Assembly (NCBI GenBank): GCA_012295275.1
Contig: CM022670.1
Location: 5,270,001-5,334,000 of the forward strand
Length of the DNA: 64,000 nucleotides
Origin: Chrysomallon squamiferum
Lineage: Eukaryota; Animalia; Mollusca
Direction: 5' to 3'
In this document: positions 30,357 to 44,200 of the stretch, one piece after another
Layout: each line of letters begins with the position of its first letter
How positions within the stretch are numbered: the stretch's first letter is position 1
Made by a program: the position numbers and the translations under genes
Notes under the pieces: generated by a model
The model's database searches: none
The model's input: only the letters and a program-made list of their open reading frames with translations
Told to the model about the DNA's origin: nothing

Positions 30357-32022
30357 TCAAGACTTCTGAGGAGCAACATGGCCAATGAGATAGATGTTAT
30401 CATAGAGATGACCTGCAAGGTCATTGCTCACTTCTGCTGTAGCCCGACAGGTGTTTTTGATGAATTCTCTTTTTGACATTTTGTTTTTGACGTGAGGTGA
30501 TGACAGGTCCACAGACAACATGATCAGTGAGTAGCAAAGAAGGAAAACTGCATCTGTGAGTGAGAAAAAAAAATTATTTCTTTTTTTACTTTAGAAAGAA
30601 AAATATAATGAGGACTATAAAACCTACACAAGCCTATAAAAAAAAAATGTCTTCAGAATTATTTGAATAAACGTGATTAATGCATCAGCACACATTTAAT
30701 ATTTGTAGCTCGTAAGTATTAGTTGAGTGACAATCACTAATATCAATCTACCAGCTACTCTTGTGAACTGTCAGTTAGAAGCAACATTTTCTTTAACAAC
30801 AACAACAACAACAAAAAACATATACACATACATAAATACATACATGATACACTGAATGCTCTAGTTATAGGATTTAAATGACAACCATACCTTACTAAAG
30901 CCAAGGCTGGAATTACACAATTTAAATGACAAAGTCTTCCATGCTATGTCCAGTGCTATGATCAGTTACATTATAAAAGTGACAAACTAACTGTTACTGA
31001 CTCCAAGGCTATGGTTAAATTAATTAAAATAATTAAAACTTACCCTCAGTAAGGCCAGTGATGGGATTATAGTAATTAAAAGAAACAAAAACAAAACAAA
31101 ACCCTACCCTTACTGAGTCCAAGGCTTGGATTACATGATGTAAACTGATCCGAAAACCGATCAATAACTTCAGCAAGAAATCCATCCCTGTCATTGGGTG
31201 CGGAAATTTCAGCAAAAAACTGACGCAGAGCGTTTGGTAAAAACATCCTCTCAAAGTTTTGTAATTTTAGTAGGTGGGCCAAAACATCTCGCCTGTAATA
31301 AAATGAAAATTATACTAAAATATTTCACAGACTTCACAAATAGAATAATTTAAAAATTGCATTTACAATAGTTAGTTATTGTTACTACTAGAACAAAAAA
31401 AAAAATATGCTGCTACACTGCTGCTGCTACTACAGCTACTACTTCTGTTACTACAACTACTACTATTATTTTATTAACAAATAAATAAAAAATAGCAACT
31501 CTTTAAACCCATAAAAATTTATTATAAACTCAATTATTAAAAACAACAAAACAACAACAACAAAAAAAAAATAATAAAATGAAGTGAAAAAATAAATAAC
31601 TCACCTTCTGTCTAGAAACTCTCTTTTTTTCTCAGGTAACAGGTTTTTAGCTGTGTGAAGAAATTTAGCTATTTCTAATGGCTCATCATCCACAAGCTGG
31701 TGCTGAATCAGGTATCCCACTCCCTTCAAATTCAATTAATTATCATATTATGAATTCTAAATTTAAACAGAATAAAATAAACAAGCATTTAACTCATTCG
31801 GGTATAACACTCCCTTCAAATACAATTAATTATTTAATTTGAGTTCTTAATTTAAATAGACTGAAATGAACAAGCATTTAACTAAATTTTGAAAATGTTT
31901 AATTTAATAATTATCAGATAAGACTACAAGGTAACTGTGCATATGTAAGAGAGAATATCTGCTGTTGTCAGTCCAACTGATAATATTTTCAGATAGCAGC
32001 AAGCATTTATGTGGCTGTTTTT

Positions 32023-32057
<35 letters not shown>

Positions 32058-33061
32058 TCTATTTACTTATTTATTTTAAATGCCTTCCCACAGAAATGGA
32101 TGGAATGGGAAATTGCCCTGTATGAAGAAAATCTGATTTTGTGACCAAAGAAATGAATGTCTTGAGTATGCTCTGCTATGTAACCACAAACAGACAAGCA
32201 TACTGCTGGGTGTCAGTGTATTATTATATCAAGAAAAAGGGACTTTTAGCAGTATTTAAAAAAAACAAAAACATTATTTGTAATGTTATATATAAGAATA
32301 AAATAACACTAGAAGTAAATAAATAATACTAACTTCAAAAGGATCACCGTTGAAAGTGAGAGATGCTTCATCCAACTGAAGAAACATTCGACGATATGAA
32401 AATCCTTTGGCATTTCGACAGTGCGAGTAGACACTGACATAACCCCAGACACTCTTACAGAGGCTAAAACAACAATGACAATAAAATGAAACAAACAGCT
32501 ACATACATTAATCTGATGTTTTGTATAACTAAATAATAATTTTTGAAAAACTAATAGTTTACAAAATTTGGTAAAGAATATTATTTACAAAGGGAAAATA
32601 ACATGACTACATACCACAAAATATAATTTGAAAGAAAACTAGACAGAGTGAGAGAGAATAAATAAATGAATGTTCTACAACACCCAAGCACAAAAATCAG
32701 ATTGGCTGTTGGGTGGAAAGAGTGAGAAATGTTTTTTTACACAAAGATGAGGTCTATATATATATATTATAAGAAAAAAACAAAGAAAACCCAACCAAAA
32801 ACATCAACAATAAACAAACAAACAAGCCCCAAATAAAAGTGATACAAACTCTTGCCAAAGAAGTTCATCATTTGCCAGATTTTGCCACACACAAGCTGCC
32901 AAACAGAGGTCGGTGGGGTTCAGGTGGGACAAGATGGCAAGTCCCAGTTCTGGTGGCAATTGGGAGAGATCGGGAAATCCTCGGCTAATCTGAGTAGAGG
33001 TGTTACCAACACCTCTACACACTGGATCTAGTTCTTGCAGTCTCCTAAGAACCTGTCCCAT
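30357..33061 (-). CDS. FBXO8: F-box only protein 8 (F-box + Sec7 domain), ~280 aa, 5 coding exons
   Basis: Exons (minus): 33061-32850, 32463-32334, 31723-31605, 31292-31108, 30553-30357. MGQ start; F-box DLSQLPPELGLAILSHLNPTDLCLAACVW; LDEASLTFN; FLPNALRQFF; YSLIMLSVDLSSPHVKNKMSKREFIKNT; GHLYDNIYLIGHVA. Confidence 0.95.
31711..31885. repeat. 90-bp-period tandem duplication spanning the FBXO8 exon-3 splice acceptor
   Basis: GGTATCCCACTCCCTTCAAATTCAATTAATTAT...AACAAGCATTTAACT (from 31711) vs GGTATAACACTCCCTTCAAATACAATTAATTAT...AACAAGCATTTAACT (from 31801). Confidence 0.85.
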
Positions 33062-33301
33062 AGCAGTGTTCTTGAGTTAGTTGAAAAACAATCCAGCCAT
33101 TTTCACAAAAAGAGAGTTACACTGGAAAAAGAAAGCCATCAAAAAATTATTACAATAATGCAAAAATCGAAATTTCTAACAAAATACCATAGATATCAAC
33201 AACAAAAAATAAAAAAATAAAATAAACTGTGTTTTCACATTTAAAAGCTATATTTATATGAAAAATTATATTGTATTTTTAAAAATAATAACTCCATTAA
33301 C

Positions 33302-33332
<31 letters not shown>

Positions 33333-33424
33333 AGGACACTGATACATTTCAACAAATGTGAAAACATATATATAACTTTAAAATAAATAAATAAATAAAT
33401 AATAAATAGTAATAATAAATATAA

Positions 33425-33464
<40 letters not shown>

Positions 33465-33749
33465 GTCAAGAACAGATCTGTACAGTAGTATAGACCACTG
33501 TCAACAACGGGTGGATAAGAAGAAAGAGATAAAGCAAGAATTCGTAATATATAACACATTAAATTTAAAGATATAATTACAGTATGATAAAATATACAAA
33601 AAAAAACCTGATTAATCTAACAATTAACTATTAACCACTGGTATTTATATATCTTCTCTATTATAACACTACTGATGAAATAACTAATATTTAAATACTT
33701 TTAAAAGATTTAGGAAAGCTATGAACAGTATGATAAATCCAAACTGCAA

Positions 33750-33904
33750 TAACTAATAATAACCATAAAATATTCTCAACATGCATTTTTAATTAAACTA
33801 CTGTAAATAGTATAGAAATGTATATTTAACATAAAATTTCATAATCATGTATTATTAGTGAACGCTTGTGTTAACAAAAATTAAAATAAAATGTTACCTG
33901 ATTT
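33750..33904 (+). repeat. ~155-bp direct repeat, copy 1
   Basis: TAACTAATAATAA...ATGCATTTTTAATTAAACTACT...GTATAGAAATGTATATTTAACATAAAATTTCATAATCAT...ATGTTACCTGATTT recurs at 35161-35326. Confidence 0.9.
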
Positions 33905-34188
33905 TTTAAGAATTGTCATAATGAATTACAATTAATTTACGGAAGTTGAAACTGAATATTTCTTTTATTGTTATTCCATTTCAAACAATAATTCCATTTG
34001 AATGTAAACAGATTTATTTTACGATGTATGACAGCGTAGGTACAAAATCATGTGTTTATCAACAATTAAAACTGTGAATTGAAACCATAATTAAGCATAC
34101 AAAATGTCAGATTGTAACTGATAAATACTTCAACGGCTTTGACAATACCGACAGACAAAAAATATATTATGCACTCATTCCTAACTTA

Positions 34189-34500
34189 CCTCTCATGATA
34201 ATAAGCATAATGCAACGTATAAGTAGCAACATTAAATATTCTTTTTCTGCATTCCTTCGATGACATTTCTCTCGGACAGTGTCAAAATTGACGTGGAGCT
34301 ATATCGGAGCAAAAGAAATCTGCAATTTCATTCGTCGAAATTACCTGAACGCAAAAGGTCAAGGACCCACGTTTGCACATAGGGAATTCCCTGTTTCCGC
34401 AGATTTGCATGTTCGAGTTATCTGAAGAGAAAAGAATAGTAAAAAAAATAATTAAGTAATGAAAACAGTTTGCGACTTCACTTCGTATTCTTGTTTTTAA
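34189..34500 (-). promoter_or_regulatory. Probable FBXO8 promoter and non-coding first exon
   Basis: CpG-rich patch. Minus-strand donors GAG|GTAAGT (~34189) and CAG|GTAAT (~34345); acceptor TTTTTCCAG| at ~33123 just upstream of the ATG. Confidence 0.5.
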
Positions 34501-35160
34501 CATTTTCTTCCATATTATAATTATTATTATTATTTATTTATTTTTAATTTTTTTTTGTTGTTGTTGCTGTTGTTGGTCTTACCAAATTATGATTTATTCA
34601 TGGCGTATAATTTTTATTTTGTATGCATATTTAGCATTAGCATTAGCGCTAATAGCATTTCAAATATGAACTAATAAATTTTATGGTATGATTTCATGAT
34701 AATAATTACATTTACCTTTATTTTGGTCAGCTTTGTTAATTTTGTTTAGTATTTTTATAATTATTTTTTTTATTTATTTATTTATTTATTGAGTATCTCT
34801 ATTTTTCTGAAATGAAAGAAAAAATAAAAAAAAAGAACAACAACAACAACAAAAATACAGAAAAAAAAAAAAAAAAGATATGAATAAACCAAATATTACT
34901 TCCGAATGGCACCGAGTAGGATATCATTGTTTGGCTTTTACAATGTCGCCCTCTATCTTGGATATAAAAATGACGTCAACAATCGAATGACGTGACTCAA
35001 GTAAATAACATAAATAATGAGAGGTTTATTACCGAATTTTTTTTAAATCTGAGATGATTAAAGCCAGTAAGTACAGAAAATTTAATAATTTTCAAACTAG
35101 ATGTAAAAGATAATAGGATTATTCATTGTTAAATATATATATATATATAAAAACTAGTAA

Positions 35161-35326
35161 TAACTAATAATAAGCATCAAGTATTCTCAATATGCATTTT
35201 TAATTAAACTACTCACTGTAAATAGTATAGAAATGTATATTTAACATAAAATTTCATAATCATATATTATTAGTGAAGGCCTTGTGTTAACAAAAATTAA
35301 AATTAAAATAAAATGTTACCTGATTT
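35161..35326 (+). repeat. ~165-bp direct repeat, copy 2
   Basis: Near-identical to 33750-33904, with a few substitutions and small indels. Confidence 0.9.
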
Positions 35327-35435
35327 CATTTCACTTTCTCCACACACATATATACATACATTATTTTTGTCGATCTATCATGATTTGTAAATTTTATTAT
35401 AACAGCTCATTCTTCCTCACTAAATAATATCTTTT

Positions 35436-35466
<31 letters not shown>

Positions 35467-35799
35467 TTATTATTATTATTTATCTATTTATTTATTTAGC
35501 ATTTATTTATTTATTATTATTATTATTTTGTATTGTCTTGTTTACTCTGTTACAGACAGTATAAGCTCTAAATTACAGATAAATTTAATATAACAGTTCT
35601 CTCCCTTCAGCTGTTACTTTTATTTTATTTTTTTTTATATATATATATTTTATATTTACCTGTAAATACTGAAAGAACTCAACAAAAACACAGAATGCTA
35701 TACAGGCGATCCACACTGACCTACTTTTTGATACAGATATACATTACCAAACAAGCTGATTTCACCAAACTAACACAAAAAAAAAAAAAACCACTTCCT

Positions 35800-35851
<52 letters not shown>

Positions 35852-36180
35852 AACACATACACACACAGATACGCACACACATTTGAGATAGAGAGATCTT
35901 AGACATTATCTTTCATTACTGCGTACATATATTTATTATTAGAAAACTGTCAAAAATCTCTCTCCTTTTCCATATCTCAGAGCCTGACTTACATTAACCA
36001 GGTGGCTTTAACTGACAGGTGGTTTCCATTATTCAGTGCATTTTAATTTTGAGACCATTTGTTACTAACACTAATTCATTTAAATTTTGGACGCGTGGTG
36101 ACATAAATCTTGAAATTCGTATTATTTCAAAACTAAAATTAATAACAATATAAAAGCTCATTCATACCAGAAGAAATATA

Positions 36181-36230
<50 letters not shown>

Positions 36231-36417
36231 TGATGATGATGATGATGATAAATATTATTAATAAATTACTTGTTGCTAAGGAAAAATGCTTGTAATAACA
36301 ACTGCCGTTTATTTAAATTATATACAGTTTCGTTGATATTCTTTGTAATTTTAATGTTATAAAACAGTAAATAAATTGATGAATGAGTGAATGTTTAACG
36401 ACACTTCAACAAAAAAG

Positions 36418-36462
<45 letters not shown>

Positions 36463-39400
36463 GAAAAAGGAAAATATAATTAAAGCGTTTCGTTTTAGAA
36501 ATAAGCATGGTAAAGAAAGCTGGTAGAAAAAGTCTAATAAGACTAGATCAACATAAGCCGATCAATGTTTAGTTTTTTGAAGTTTTGATTATTCTTGTTG
36601 TTGTTGTTACTATTGATATTATTATCATAATTATTGTTGTTGTTGTTGTTGTTGTTGCCAGTGTACTTATGATGTTCATGATTTCTGCTGTTGTACTGCT
36701 GCGACTATTCTTCCTGTTATCATTCTTACTGTTGGAGTTATAATCATACTGACTATTCTTTTTATTTGTATTGCTATTGTTGTTGCTGATGTTATTTTTT
36801 GTGTTTTTGTGGTTATTTTTGTTGTTGTTGTTGTTGTTATTATTATTATTATTATCATAATTATAGTCTGTTATTATTATATACTGTTTTGTTGTTGTTC
36901 GTGTTGTTGTTTTTTTTATTTGGCATTTGCAATAAACAAACATAAATAAATAATCAAATAAAAATAACCACACACAACCCTTTGAACAATTATAATTAAT
37001 TATGTTTTTGCCCTTTTTTTTTTTTTTTATTTTTTTTTTTAGAGTATTCTTTAATTAATGAGTTAACTATTTAGCACATGGTTACATGTCAAGAAGAATT
37101 AAAAACATCTCTTCTGGGACGACTACGTTGTCTCTCTGGGTGTATAATTATTTTGTTATGGTAGTGTTAACATATTGGACAAAAATAGCGTGCGTAGTGC
37201 TATAACGAATTCCCAGTTATAACCATATACTTCAGTTCTGGTGATGTCGAGATCCCGAGATCTAACAATTTCAGTCCGACAGGTTAACCATTAGGTCACG
37301 ATTGTCAAAAATCATTTACCCTTTAAAAAGTATAATCGTCCTTTGCGTTTATATTATTATTGTATTTTCGTCTGCGGACATCAAAGTGTAACAGGTACAA
37401 CGAGAACAAACAGTGAGACGAAAAATATAGCTTCGAGTCCCGATCGATGTTAAACAATTCAGTTTTATTGTCTTGTTGTGAACATATCAATGCGCATCGG
37501 GCTTTTCTTCCTCGGGCAAAACAAAGAACAAACATAATCTGTCTTCAAACACTCGAAAGAAAAAAAAAAAAAAAGAAAAAAATGGTTCTGGCAACAAATG
37601 AAAAATAGCTGGAGGCTTTGTAAAGCAAAGCCAATATACCTTCATCAACTGTTTTCTGGTTTCATGTGCAAAACCAAACACAATGAGATATATTCTTGAC
37701 GGCGAGTGCTAATTAGTTACGTATGGTGCAAGTAAACAGAATAAGCCGTACAGCCAACAGAACAGTTGAGAAAAATTTATATTTCTAGACTAAGTCCAGA
37801 TGAAGAATAAAAGGGATAGCTGATTGCGTTGAAAATTCAAACCTTTTTTTCACTTTTCTGTGTTTAAAAGAAATTAAATTTGTTTGTTTTTCTGACTACG
37901 TGAACAACAGGCTTTGTCAGTCTGCAAATATTCTTTGTACTATGTACTTAGTATGTACTTTATAATTCTTAGCTTAAATAATATTTTCTTTCATATACTT
38001 ATATGCTGTCATAAGTTAAATTTTAAAGATGTTTTGACTTTTGACAGAAAGAAAAAACAAGGAAAGATTATTTATTAAAATTAATACTTCTTTCTTTCTT
38101 CTTCTTTATTTCTTCCGAATGACCTAATATCTTTAAAATAATACTTAAAACAACATACACTTTTTTATACTATTTTTTAGAAAAAACCTAATACATCTAC
38201 AAAACAACAACAATAACTGCTACTACTACGACTACTACGACTCAGTACAAAAAACTTCTTAAACTATATGAAGAGCATACAGAAGATCCCTTGAAGTCAA
38301 CTGAAAAAGACAACAACAAGAGTTAGTTTTTCAATCTGCCTTAATTATTATTATATTACAAACAATATTGCTACAACGACTAGTGACACAAGTGTTGTTG
38401 CTGTTATTGATATTAGAACTGTTATCACTATTATTGCAAATATTGCGATATTATTGCTATTATCGTAAATATTGCGATGTTATTGCTATTATTCAATTTA
38501 GTCGTGCTTTTGCTAATACAGATTTCATTTATATTATTGCTTTGTTCTATTACTGCTGCTATTGTTATTATAGCTGTTACTGGTAATATTTGTGTTGCTG
38601 TTGTTATTACTGCTATCATAGCTTTATTAAGATTATTGCTACTTTGCTATTTTTGCTGTTAATACTATTACTGATATTATTCGTGTTATTGCTGCTGTTG
38701 CTGTTATTGCTATAATTGCTGCTCTATTACTGTTTTTAAAACTACAACAAGCAAAAACACTACGTCGAGGATTACTCGCGATGAACACATAGCTTAATGT
38801 TATTTTGTTTTTAGAACAAAAATAAACTGATATCTGAAACGCAATTGCTTTAAAACAAAAATAAGATCAGATAATAATTCATTTATGAAAATAAAATAGA
38901 AAGAGAAAAAACTAAAAAAGAACCAAATTTATCCTTTGCATTAGTTAAGACATTAGCGATCTTGCGATAGAAATATATAATCCCCGCGCTCGACCAGCTC
39001 TGAATTTAATAAATCTTCAAAATGCTTTTATCTCAACAAGCAGAAGGTATGACCCTATAAAGCAGCGACCACACCGTGCGATTTGTGTAAGCGATTTGTG
39101 GACTAATCTTAACCGAATCGTACAGTAAAAAAAAAAATATAAACCGTGGTAAGATACACTATCCTAAAAATCTATAAGCTAAGCCAGGAGGAAAAAAAAA
39201 TAGTAATAATAATAAACAAAATAAAATGCAATCTTGTTAGGAAGCATTTGATAGAGGAATTTTTTGTATAATATGTAAAAACTGACTTTATAGTTTCTAA
39301 TATTATTACTTTTACAATTTTTGGAATCCAAGTTTTTATCTGGATTCAATGTTCTTTTCATGAAGGTGATAGTTATTTGTCCGGATACAGAAGGGCAATC

Positions 39401-40925
39401 CTCAAAATATCAAAGGCGTTTGCATGATTATATGGATTGATGGATTAGTACGGAGAGAAAATACTTTTGCAAGGTTTTGAATAGTCTTATGAAGGAAAAA
39501 AAAAGAAAAGAAAAAGAATATCAACAACAATAACAACAATAATAAACCGAATTTATTCAATTACCATTGTCCTACTTACACCTCAGACTTTATAAATCAG
39601 TTTACAGACTCTGCAGCATTATTGTGTATGTAATATTATTATCATACCACAAGTCGCGTGGTGTGAACGATGCTTTACACAGGTAGACTACGATACTCAG
39701 GAAACGAATGGTTGATCTGAACTCCTTCGGCTAACAGCAATCTTCCTCGATCGATGGATGCGACTTTGAAGTGTCGAGTCAAAAACCTGCTTCTAATGAG
39801 CAGGTGAACGTCAAAGAAACTCAAAGTGCTTTAAACTGTCCGCAGACTCTAATTTATTTTAGCTATAAATCGTTTAAACTTCATTTTTGTTTCATGATAA
39901 TGTTGTTATTGGTCGATGTTCGCATGCTTTTCAAATACGCCAGCGTACGAAGAATCATAACTATAGCTGAATTTTTTATTTTTTATTATTATTTTTTTTT
40001 TTTCAAGAAACCTTTTCGTTTTCTTTTACATGCAATGTACGTTTCTTCACTGTTTTTTTAGTGCTTATTCTGCTAATGTTAGTAACACCACAACTACTGT
40101 TACTATTACAATTACAGTTATTCTTATTATTATTCTTATTAGAAGTAGTAGTAGTTATAGTAGTAGTAGTAATTGTAGTAGTAGTAATAGTAGTAGTAGT
40201 AGTAGTGGTAGTAGTAGTAATAGTCTTGATTCATGACATCACATCGTATATAAAAAGGAAATATGAAAAGGAAATGATCGAATGTCAGAGCAAACTTATA
40301 TTAAGATTTTTGCTTATTTATTTTTATTTTCAGTATCATATAAGCTGTTTATTTCTTTTTTTCATATATGAGATGACGTCACAACGTAGCATTTCCATTC
40401 TGACTTGTTACATAATTGTTATTCTTTACTATTGTAATAATCAAAAAACAAACGAACAATTTATTTGGAAGTATATTAGATATATGTTATATATATTTTC
40501 ACAGGCACATTAAATAATGCATACGTACTAACAAATAATACATAATTCGTTTGGAAATACAAATAAAACGGATTTAATATCTAACGAAATAAAACCATTT
40601 TATTCTTCCGTTGCCAAAACTGCCTTCAGCAAGAAAACGTTAATTTACAGATATTGGCCTGTTTATTAAATATATCTTATTGTCTTTTTGCATTGTCAAA
40701 GTCGTTTTAAAAAAAGAAGAAACACGTAATAAATGGATTTTTGCCATACTGGATGCTCGTTGATTTCTGTAGATGTTAATGAATATTAATATCTGTTGTT
40801 TATTATATGATATTGATAATTTTATTATTTTCCTTCTTCCATTGTTATGTTTCATGTATCTTCTAACTTCTACGTTATTAAAAATAAATAAATAAATAGT
40901 AATAATAATAATAGACATAATAGAC

Positions 40926-40978
<53 letters not shown>

Positions 40979-42199
40979 TCAGAATCTTGTTCTGAATCTT
41001 TAAAATTAAGGTCAATAAAACGTTATGATACGTATTATGTCTTGTTTTCTTTGTCTCCGTGGTCATCGTCATTATCATCATCAACATCATCACATTACTG
41101 TTATTATTATTACTATTAGTATCATCATCATCATCTTCATCATTGTTATTGTTATTGCTGTTATCTAAGTTAATGACGTTGAATTTGCTGTTGTTAGTGT
41201 TGTTGTTTTTATTAATGTTGGAGTTATAATATTTGCTATCATGACGTTGTATTATAGTTGTTAATGTTGTTGTCGTTGTATTGTTTTTATGATCTTTTTT
41301 ATTGTTATTGCTGTCGTTTTATTATTGTAGTATTGTATTACTGTTAATTCAAAACGTAATAATAAGAAAATATATTGAAAAACATCTCTACAATGACAGT
41401 GACAAACTATTTGCCTTCAGTGAAGGCAGCGCCTCAAGTAATCGTGAACAGATAAACGTTTTATTAATATTTCAGTTAAGTTACATTTTTATTGTTCTGT
41501 TTGTAATAATGGAGAAGATTATTAATTATAATAGTAATAATAGTAACAACAACAACTCCAACTACAACTGCAGTAGTAATACTACTACTACTAATAATAA
41601 TAATAAATAATAAATAATAATAATAATAATCATAATAATAATAATAATAATAATTATGATTATGATTATTATTATTATTATTATTATTTTAGTTGTAGTA
41701 GTAGTAAAAACAACAGCAACAACAATAATAATAGCAAGATGATGATAATGATAATGGTAATGATGATGATGAAAAATTCAGTGTATGACAATATCCACAA
41801 TAACAACATCAATAACAACGACAACAACAGTAACCTAACGTCATCAATTTTGCTCAATTTTTGTTTCTTCTGCAACTTGTATTACAAATTCCCAAGTGAT
41901 TTACTGTCTTTGTTAATACTGAATTATATCTTCCTCTAGTAAGATTATTAAACTCAGATACACACAAACAACATGAGGTTACAAAATGTGATTCAGACAT
42001 TAGAGAACTGTAGAAGTAGACTGTCAACATATCAACAATAGACGTTTTAAAAACATCTATGAAATCCTTACGGGGATTCATAACCACGATTACCTACACA
42101 AACTCTTATTTTACTCTGTGATAATCTGTGTCTTTCTTTACGTGAATTCAACGTTGTGTTAGAGTACTTAGCTCTTGCTCGTTAATTTTATTATTTGAA

Positions 42200-42398
42200 T
42201 AATTCTTAGGCGATTTTAATGTTGTTCCAGATCTATTATTTTTTTTTTTTTTTTTTGCGATTTTACCGTTGTTTTTATTCCGCTCTCAGAAATCTTCATA
42301 ATTAATTGTATTTTATCTAATATCTGAAAGTGAACCGATTTAAAGGACTTTGTGGGCGTTTTAAAGTTATCTTGAACATGATTTTAGATATACCAATA

Positions 42399-42444
<46 letters not shown>

Positions 42445-42935
42445 TTATATGTTAGTTTTACGTTTAAGCCGAGGATTTCATAATCTTGATTCTTTGCGAA
42501 GATGAAATCAAAATCAAAAAGATTTTTATCGAGATTTTACCGTTATTTTAAGTAATGGTTATCAACAAATTTTATAACGGGGATTTCAGAATTATCTTTC
42601 AGTTGACCATACATTGATTTTCGATGATTTTAGCAATACCGTCTGTGTGATACTTAATGGGATTTTGAAATCACTTTTAAGTCAGCGAATTCCCAATCCA
42701 GATAACAGGCATTATAACCATTATCTTTAGGTCGCCCAATTAAAAATTCGTGTAATTTTTTATGAGAATTTTAGGAAACCAAAGATAACCTTGACTTAGA
42801 GATAACGCTAAAATCTCCATAAACATCATTACAATATTATATGTATATCTATTGGGAATTTTTCTGGTGCGTTTAAGTCGGCCTATTCAAAAATCTATGT
42901 AATTCTTGTGGGGATTTTAGCGTTACCTTTAACTG
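42200..42935. repeat. Degenerate satellite-like repeat with a G(G/C/A)GATTTTA(C/G)CGTT core
   Basis: Core recurs at ~42210, 42257, 42531, 42625 and 42910; an inverted copy TAACGCTAAAATCTCC lies at ~42803. Confidence 0.5.
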
Positions 42936-44104
42936 TATAAAACCTTCGTTCAAGTCTTGGGGTTTTCTTGATCGATAACCCGACTGGACATGTTCGTCTT
43001 ATAAGTGTTCTTAAAAGACTGCCAGGCACAGTAACGCGCTGTTTTCATACTTCATTAAATACCAGGCTCCGTTCGTATTTGGCTTTTCAAAATGCCATTT
43101 CCATAAAAGCATTTTGTCGACAGAAATCAAACACATTTTTATCGTGTAAAACATCGCTGATCAGTCGGCTTTCAGCGACACAGAGGATAAATCAAAGACA
43201 GTTCTTGCCGTCTCATTCTTTGCAATCAGACCGTGCAAGGAAAGCACTCGGCAATTCGAATCGAGTGCTTTATAGAAAGATAAAAAATATTGTGTTTTGT
43301 CACTTGAAGTAAGTGGTTTTTGTTATGCGGTAAAATGCTATTTCTTGTAACGAGTGTTAGTACAAGATGGACTAACGTGAGTATGGTTAGAGCCTGTTAT
43401 CACTAATACATTCATAAATAATATCATTCACCGTGCTTGTAATGTATCAAGCCATGATAAATGTCAATGATGTTGCCGTCGTCATTGTAGTTACTTACGC
43501 TATGATCGGTAATATCGTGGTCATCCCTACTATTGTATAAATCGCCGCCATTACAACAGCTATTACTGTTATTAAAATTACTTTTGCTCTACCACTATTA
43601 CCAATGGTACTACTATTATGAAGACGTCAAAAATAACAACAATTACTACTATTAATTCTACTAATCTGCTTCTGAGACTGTTATAACCGGTATTATTATA
43701 CCATCTTCATCAGCTTTATCATCATCATCATCATCATCATTAGTACATGTAGTACTATTAATAGTAGCAGAAGCAACAAAAATAGAAGACATAATAGTTG
43801 AATACTAGTAATAGACTGATGTCTTCATCATTGCCGTCATAACCACAATCATGATCATTATTATCATTTCCATTATTACTACTGAAGAAACGTTTATTAT
43901 TCAAATTACTAAGCTTCAATTATTTTCTTTTTGTTAATGTCTTCATGTAAGAATTATTTATGACAAAAAAATTATATACTTATTTAATTACTTATAAGCA
44001 ATTTAAAACAAAAGAAGAGAAAAAAGTTAAAAAAACATTTGCTTAAAGACACTACAATATATTTTTAAAGATTAATATATATCCCTTGTTGATTTGATTG
44101 TGAT

Positions 44105-44200
44105 AGTTTGAAAGAAGAAACCCGCTGCTATTTATAGAATAACAACAAGGACTCATTTATATGTACTTTCCACTAAACAGACAAACATATAACAATGATT
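44105..44200. mobile_element. Degenerate SINE-like remnant
   Basis: GAAACCCGCTGCT...AACAACAAGGACTCATTTATATGTACTTTCCAC...ACAGACA resembles, from memory and unverified, the body of tRNA-derived SINEs common in gastropod genomes. Confidence 0.35.

Noticed and set aside
36569-41939. Many ORFs rich in poly-N/I/L/T/V/S
   Set aside because: Translations of trinucleotide microsatellites with no domain or splice support.
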